Below are positions 59,065 to 64,000 of a stretch of DNA of 64,000 nt, in pieces. The notes beneath the pieces were generated by a model. It saw only the letters and a list, made by a program, of their open reading frames with translations. It made no database searches and had not been told where the DNA came from. The position numbers were made by a program, and so were the translations under genes. The stretch's first letter is position 1, and each line of letters starts with the position of its first letter. Source of the stretch: Pseudomonadota bacterium (GTDB lineage Bacteria; Pseudomonadota; Gammaproteobacteria; Steroidobacterales; Rariloculaceae); assembly GCA_036337035.1 (NCBI GenBank), contig JAYZFC010000006.1, positions 18,194 through 82,193 on the forward strand, read 5' to 3'.

Positions 59065-59245
59065 AATTATAATATTATATATAAATTATTATTATTATTA
59101 CATAATTAAAACAAATAGGATAACATGTTTTTTATATTAAAAATCATATATTTATAAGATGTCTAACAATGTTGATTGATTGGAAAATAACTGTTATTAA
59201 GTTGTTGCTAATTAATGAAAATAGTTTTATTAACAGGATATAGAA

Positions 59246-60583
59246 TTAATTAGTTAGGGTTCTCAACAGAATATTATAATCCTCTCCAACCTTAGAGTCT
59301 TCTTCCTTTAGCTCCTTTATCCTTTTGCAAGCATGTAAAACAGTCGTGTGGTCCCTACCACCAAACGCATCTCCTATTTCAGGAAGGCTGTGTCTTGTTA
59401 GCTCCTTAGATAGCGCCATAGCGATTTGTCTTGGTCTGGCTATTGAGCGGTTTCTCCTTTTGGAGTGAAGGTCAGCTACCCTAACCTTGAAATGTTCGGC
59501 AACAACTTTCTGAATGTTTTCTATTGATACTAGTCTGGCTTGCAAGGCAAGCAGATCTTTAAGCGCTTCTTTGCAAAAGTCTATATTAATTGGTTTACCA
59601 GTAAATCGAGAGTTAGCTATCACCCTTCTAAGCGCCCCTTCAAGCTCTCTCACATTCGAGCGAATTCTTTGAGCAATAAAGAAAGCTACATCGTGCGGAA
59701 GGTTGAAGCCCTCATTCTGTGCTTTACTAATTAAAATGGCTACAGAGGTTTCTAACTCAGGAGGTTCTATTGACACAGTTAAACCCCAACCAAATCTAGA
59801 TTTTAGCCGCTCTTCTAGCCCTTCAACTTCTTTAGGGTATCTATCACAGGTAAGAATGATTTGCTGTTGTCCCTCTAAAAGCGCATTGAAAGTATGAAAA
59901 AACTCTTCCTGTGATCTTTCTTTGTTAGCAAAAAATTGTATGTCATCGATTAAAAGGGCATCTAGCGATCTATAAGTTCTTTTGAATTCAGAAATTGTAT
60001 TGTGTTGTAGGCCCCTAACCATATCACCAACGAATTTTTCAGAATGAATATAGGCAACTTTTGCCTTAGGTTTTTGGTTTAAAATAGCATTTCCTATAGC
60101 GTGCATTAAGTGAGTTTTACCTAGACCAACCCCACCATAAATAAACAAAGGGTTGTAAGCTAAGCCAGGATTTTGTCCTACTTGGTATGCAGCAGCCTTA
60201 GCCAATTGGTTGCTTTTACCCTCTACAAATGTTTCGAAAGTAAAGCTAGAATTTAATCTACCACCAAGCTGCTCTTCAAAAATATTTTTTGAGGGCTTAG
60301 CAGAAACGCCTTTTCCAACAGCCAAAGGAGGAAGCTTATCACCAATTTCTAGTCTTACCTCTAATGGGGAAACGGCTTCATTAATGACATCTAGGCAGTT
60401 TTTCTCAATCCAGTTTACAACAAATAAGTTTGGCGCAAATAGGCGCAATTTGCCATTTTCTTCTATAGGTTGTAAAGGCTTTATCCAGGTCTGAATTTGC
60501 TCTTCAGTAAGAGTTTTGTTGAGCGCTTCAACACAATTATTCCAGAGAAAAGATTCTAGAGCCGGGTTTATTGTCACGGACAT
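59246..60583 (-). CDS. dnaA: chromosomal replication initiator DnaA
   Basis: AAA+ [19 protein letters not shown]-terminal DNA-binding domain ([25 protein letters not shown]). Confidence 0.97.
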   Translation of the reverse strand: MSVTINPALESFLWNNCVEALNKTLTEEQIQTWIKPLQPIEENGKLRLFAPNLFVVNWIEKNCLDVINEAVSPLEVRLEIGDKLPPLAVGKGVSAKPSKNIFEEQLGGRLNSSFTFETFVEGKSNQLAKAAAYQVGQNPGLAYNPLFIYGGVGLGKTHLMHAIGNAILNQKPKAKVAYIHSEKFVGDMVRGLQHNTISEFKRTYRSLDALLIDDIQFFANKERSQEEFFHTFNALLEGQQQIILTCDRYPKEVEGLEERLKSRFGWGLTVSIEPPELETSVAILISKAQNEGFNLPHDVAFFIAQRIRSNVRELEGALRRVIANSRFTGKPINIDFCKEALKDLLALQARLVSIENIQKVVAEHFKVRVADLHSKRRNRSIARPRQIAMALSKELTRHSLPEIGDAFGGRDHTTVLHACKRIKELKEEDSKVGEDYNILLRTLTN

Positions 60584-60659
60584 TCCTTTTTTATATCGAA
60601 CAAAAAAAAATTATATTATTAAAACTGAGAAACCAAACTATATCCGATTACCACATTAG

Positions 60660-60688
60660 TTGACAGAAGTTTCTCTCAGGCGTAGAGT
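60660..60688 (+). promoter_or_regulatory. putative sigma-70 promoter of rpmH-rnpA-yidC
   Basis: TTGACA, a 17-nt spacer, then TAGAGT. Sits ~77 nt upstream of the rpmH ATG. Confidence 0.45.
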
Positions 60689-60764
60689 CGCGTTGATTCT
60701 TACAACTTCTCATCCTGTTGTTTTAAATAGAGATTTGTATATTAAAAAAAGGTTAATATAAAAA

Positions 60765-60899
60765 ATGAAAAGAACGTTTCAACCAAGTAATTTAAAAAGA
60801 AAAAGAACTCATGGGTTTAGATCGCGCATGTCTACTAAAAATGGAAGATTAGTTATTAACAGAAGGCGTGCAAAAGGCAGAGAAAGGCTTTCGCCTTAA
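60765..60899 (+). CDS. rpmH: 50S ribosomal protein L34
   Basis: Below the ORF-track size cut-off. Manual translation gives [44 protein letters not shown] (44 aa). Confidence 0.93.
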   Translation: MKRTFQPSNLKRKRTHGFRSRMSTKNGRLVINRRRAKGRERLSP

Positions 60900-60916
60900 A
60901 AAATTTTTCGGCCTAG

Positions 60917-61261
60917 ATGTTATTAGAAAATCGCTTTAAGTTCTCCAAAGCCATGAGGATAAGTAAAAAAGAAGAGTTTTCATTTGTTTTTGCATCACCG
61001 AGTCGATCCAATGATAAATTTTTTTCTGTATTATCAAGAAAAAATAATTTAAATCTGCCAAGGCTTGGGTTATCAATCTCAAAAAAAGTAGCTAATTTAG
61101 CTGTAGATAGGAATAGGATAAAACGATTAGCAAGAAGCGTATTTATTAATCAAACAGATCTAGAAAACTATGATTTTGTTATTATGGCTAAGAAGGCTGC
61201 CGCACAAGAACAGAATAAAGTTCTGCGCGATAGTTTAGAAAAACACTTTAAGAGGATATAG
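60917..61261 (+). CDS. rnpA: ribonuclease P protein component
   Basis: Basic 114-aa protein in the rpmH-rnpA-yidC position, with KKVANLAVDRNRIKR (RNR motif). The start could instead be the internal ATG at 60953. Confidence 0.9.
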   Translation: MLLENRFKFSKAMRISKKEEFSFVFASPSRSNDKFFSVLSRKNNLNLPRLGLSISKKVANLAVDRNRIKRLARSVFINQTDLENYDFVIMAKKAAAQEQNKVLRDSLEKHFKRI

Positions 61262-61274
61262 GTTAAAATAATTT

Positions 61275-62927
61275 ATGGGAAATAGCGTCAGAGTTTTTTT
61301 GTGGATTAATTTCTTGGTTATGCTGTGGTTTACTTATACAGCTTGGATAAAAGATTATTCCTATAATCCTAATATTGTTTCTGAAGCGATCATAGATAAG
61401 GCTCCATTGGTAGAAACCAACGAGAGCCAGCCTTCTTTAGAGGCTAACTTTGATGCAGTAATGCCAGTTATTGAGTCTACAGCTATAACAGGATCAGTAG
61501 CGAGGCTCATACAAGTTAAGACCGACGTTCTAGATTTATCAATAGATCTAGATGGAGGAGATCTAGTTAGGTCTGATTTGCTACTCTACCCAATAAACAA
61601 AAATGATCCAGATAATTTAATAAGACTTTTAGATCCTTCTTTTGAAAATAGATGGGTTTTTCAAACAGGACTTAGAGGGCTAGATCAAAATGCTCCTGAA
61701 CCAAATCACTTATCAGCTTATCAATCATCAGATATGTTTTATGAGCTATCACCTCAAGAAGACGAAATAGTTGTTTCGTTAATGTGGGAAAGCGAAGACT
61801 TATCATTAAGAGCATTCAAGACCTATACTTTTAGAAGGGGCCAATATTCTTTTGACCTAAGGCTGCACGTTGAAAATATTTCAGATCAGCCATGGTCAGG
61901 CGCTCCTTATGCCCAACAATATAGAAGGCACATTCCAGTCAGTCGATCATATACTTCCGTTGATTCTTATTCATTTAAAGGCCCTGTTATTTTTGATGGT
62001 GAGAGCTATGATAAAATTGATCCAGAGGATTTTATAGATGAGCCATTAAGAGAACAAATAATAGGAGGATGGCTGGCTAATATTCAACACCATTTTGTTG
62101 CTGCTATCATTCCGCCGCATTTAGATCAAGGCAGCTATCAGGGTGCGATGCGAGATGATAATTATTTGCTAACTATAATTAGCCCAATACAAGAAGCGCC
62201 TGCAGGCGGAGCTCTGGATTATAATTATAAATTTTTTGTTGGACCAAAATTACAGGATCAGCTATCAGAGACAGGTGATTCACTAGAGCTTACTGTTGAT
62301 TATGGAATGCTGACTTTTTTATCTCAGCCATTATTTTGGTTGTTGGATAAAATTCATTCCTATGTTGGTAATTGGGGCTGGGCCATAATAATTTTAACTT
62401 TTCTCATTAAATTAGTTTTTTATAAGCTAACAGCAGCTAGTGGGAGATCCATGGCAAAAATGAGAAAGATTTCGCCAAAGATGAAAGCAATACAAGAAAA
62501 GCATAAAGATGATAGACAGGCATTAAGCCAGGCTATGATGGAAATTTATAAAAAGGAAAAGATAAATCCTGTAGCGGGCTGCTTGCCAATCTTAATACAA
62601 ATGCCTTTTTTCTTTGCTTTTTATTGGGTTCTGATTGAAAGCGTAGAAATTAGACAAGCAGCGTTTATGTTTTGGATAACAGACCTCTCTGTTAAGGATC
62701 CGTTTTTTGTGTTGCCTATTTTAATGGGTATCGCAATGCTTTTACAGACAAGGCTTAATCCAGCCCCACCAGACCCTATCCAAGCGAGAGTAATGCAAAT
62801 TATGCCGATTGCTTTTACAGGATTATTTGCATTTTTTCCTGCTGGCCTGGTGCTTTATTGGCTTACAAATACAATTCTTTCTATACTTCAGCAATGGAGA
62901 ATTAATAAAGTTATAGCGGCAGAATGA
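61275..62927 (+). CDS. yidC: membrane protein insertase YidC
   Basis: N-terminal TM segment, large periplasmic domain, and a conserved C-terminal 5-TM core (GCLPILIQMPFF, PAGLVLYW). Confidence 0.95.
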   Translation: MGNSVRVFLWINFLVMLWFTYTAWIKDYSYNPNIVSEAIIDKAPLVETNESQPSLEANFDAVMPVIESTAITGSVARLIQVKTDVLDLSIDLDGGDLVRSDLLLYPINKNDPDNLIRLLDPSFENRWVFQTGLRGLDQNAPEPNHLSAYQSSDMFYELSPQEDEIVVSLMWESEDLSLRAFKTYTFRRGQYSFDLRLHVENISDQPWSGAPYAQQYRRHIPVSRSYTSVDSYSFKGPVIFDGESYDKIDPEDFIDEPLREQIIGGWLANIQHHFVAAIIPPHLDQGSYQGAMRDDNYLLTIISPIQEAPAGGALDYNYKFFVGPKLQDQLSETGDSLELTVDYGMLTFLSQPLFWLLDKIHSYVGNWGWAIIILTFLIKLVFYKLTAASGRSMAKMRKISPKMKAIQEKHKDDRQALSQAMMEIYKKEKINPVAGCLPILIQMPFFFAFYWVLIESVEIRQAAFMFWITDLSVKDPFFVLPILMGIAMLLQTRLNPAPPDPIQARVMQIMPIAFTGLFAFFPAGLVLYWLTNTILSILQQWRINKVIAAE

Positions 62928-62955
62928 TTGATAGCTAGAGTATTTCTTAGATTAA

Positions 62956-64000
62956 ATGTCAAAAAAAAAGAAAAATTATTCTGATGAAACAATAGCTGCT
63001 ATTGCCACTCCTCAAGGAACGGGATCAATTTCAATTATAAGGCTATCAGGAACAGATGCTTTAACTATAGGAGAAAAAATTGTAGGGAGAGCTCTTAAAC
63101 CAAGATACGCACATAGTTGCAAATTTATAAGTTTTAAAGGAGATCTTATAGACAAAGGCCTAGCAATATTTTTTCCTAATCCGCAATCTTTTACGGGCGA
63201 GGATGTAGTTGAGCTTCATTGCCATGGAGGGATTATAATAAGCGATATGCTTTTAAATACTGCTTATCATTATGGCGCTAGAGGAGCCAACCCTGGAGAG
63301 TTTAGTCTAAGGGCTTTTTTAAATGACAAGATAGATCTAACACAAGCTGAGGCCATAGCAGATCTAATTTCCAGTAGCTCAGCCGAAGCTGCCAGGTCAG
63401 CTCTGAGATCATTAGAGGGTGTATTTTCAGATAAGATTAATACAATTCAAAATCAACTTACTAAGCTAAGGGTACATATAGAGGCTTTTTTAGATTTTCC
63501 AGAAGAAGAAATAGATCCTAAAGAGCAAGCAGAGCTAGATAAAGAGTTTTATATTGTTTATGAAAATATGAGCTCTCTGGTAAAGGAGTCTAAGCAGGGA
63601 GTAATCTTGAATACAGGGATAAATATAGTGATAGCCGGGCCAACAAATGCTGGTAAGTCAAGCTTACTGAATCGCTTGGCTGGTTATAGCACCGCTATAG
63701 TGACAGACATACCAGGCACCACTCGAGATACCTTAAAAGAAAAAATAACAATAGATGGCCTAGCTATAAATGTTACAGATACTGCTGGCATTAGAGAAAC
63801 AACAGATCCAGTAGAGCAAGAGGGAATATCTCGGGCTGGGCAGGCCATTGAAGCTTCTGATTGCTTAATTTGGGTATGTGATATTAGTTCAGATATAGAC
63901 CAAAATATAAAGGACGCAAAACAATTAGCAGAAGGAAAAAAAACAATACTAGTATTGAATAAAATTGATTTAATAAATAAGCCCGCAAAGCTTTTTGAGC
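62956..64000 (+). CDS. mnmE: tRNA modification GTPase MnmE (TrmE), C-terminal part cut by window edge
   Basis: Not in the ORF track because there is no stop in the window. Manual translation gives MSKKKKNYSDETIAAIATPQGTGSISIIRLSG..., then G-domain GPTNAGKSSLLN and DTAGIR. Confidence 0.9.
   Translation, partial: MSKKKKNYSDETIAAIATPQGTGSISIIRLSGTDALTIGEKIVGRALKPRYAHSCKFISFKGDLIDKGLAIFFPNPQSFTGEDVVELHCHGGIIISDMLLNTAYHYGARGANPGEFSLRAFLNDKIDLTQAEAIADLISSSSAEAARSALRSLEGVFSDKINTIQNQLTKLRVHIEAFLDFPEEEIDPKEQAELDKEFYIVYENMSSLVKESKQGVILNTGINIVIAGPTNAGKSSLLNRLAGYSTAIVTDIPGTTRDTLKEKITIDGLAINVTDTAGIRETTDPVEQEGISRAGQAIEASDCLIWVCDISSDIDQNIKDAKQLAEGKKTILVLNKIDLINKPAKLFE

Noticed and set aside
59084-59098. 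An (ATT)5 microsatellite in the dnaN 5' region, as a possible phase-variable tract. A9 runs also occur at 60602-60610 and at the start of mnmE (62961-62969).
   Set aside because: Short A/T-rich simple repeats are expected in DNA of this composition. Essential genes such as dnaN and mnmE are unlikely targets of slipped-strand switching, and there is no second copy or variant to compare.

Overview
This is a dense, AT-rich (about one-third G+C by eye) chromosomal core region. Gene order matches a streamlined gammaproteobacterium. I call 65 protein genes, two of them cut by the window edges. I found no rRNA, tRNA, CRISPR array, transposase, prophage or recognisable defence genes.

The window spans the dnaA region: gyrB-recF-dnaN-dnaA on the minus strand, diverging from rpmH-rnpA-yidC-mnmE on the plus strand. 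Other conserved blocks:
- gmk-rpoZ-spoT-ridA-recG-ubiA-bioB-bioC
- rdgB, rpmE, gltA
- mrcA diverging from aroK-aroB-dgt-pyrF
- a complete, translationally coupled trpEGDCFBA operon fused to an upstream SLC13 transporter gene
- ubiE-ubiJ-ubiB, and dapF-DUF484-xerC
- yibN-grxC-gpsA-pyrD-lpxA-oxidoreductase
- glnA-ntrB-ntrC, and glyQS-gmhB-plsC

The regulatory signals I can read directly are a sigma-54 promoter with three NtrC palindromes upstream of glnA, a strong hairpin between glnA and ntrB, and a sigma-70-like rpmH promoter.

I see no obvious new multi-gene system such as a defence island. The observations most worth a second look:
1. A DnaA-box cluster sits in the largest non-coding gap (9881-10372), while the classical rpmH-dnaA spacer has no box. 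This may be a displaced oriC.
2. A single-chain alpha2-type glycyl-tRNA synthetase occupies the slot where glyQ/glyS normally sit.
3. A four-gene envelope operon encodes an S41 protease lacking its PDZ domain, an unknown secreted protein that seems to need a non-canonical start codon, MltB and a parvulin.
4. lpxA is translationally coupled to a GnnA-like oxidoreductase.
5. A class-1B-type pyrD has no adjacent pyrK.
6. Conserved neighbours are cleanly absent from several blocks (secB, pilMNOPQ, the trp leader), consistent with genome streamlining.

All functional calls rest on motifs and synteny recalled from memory. No database search was run.
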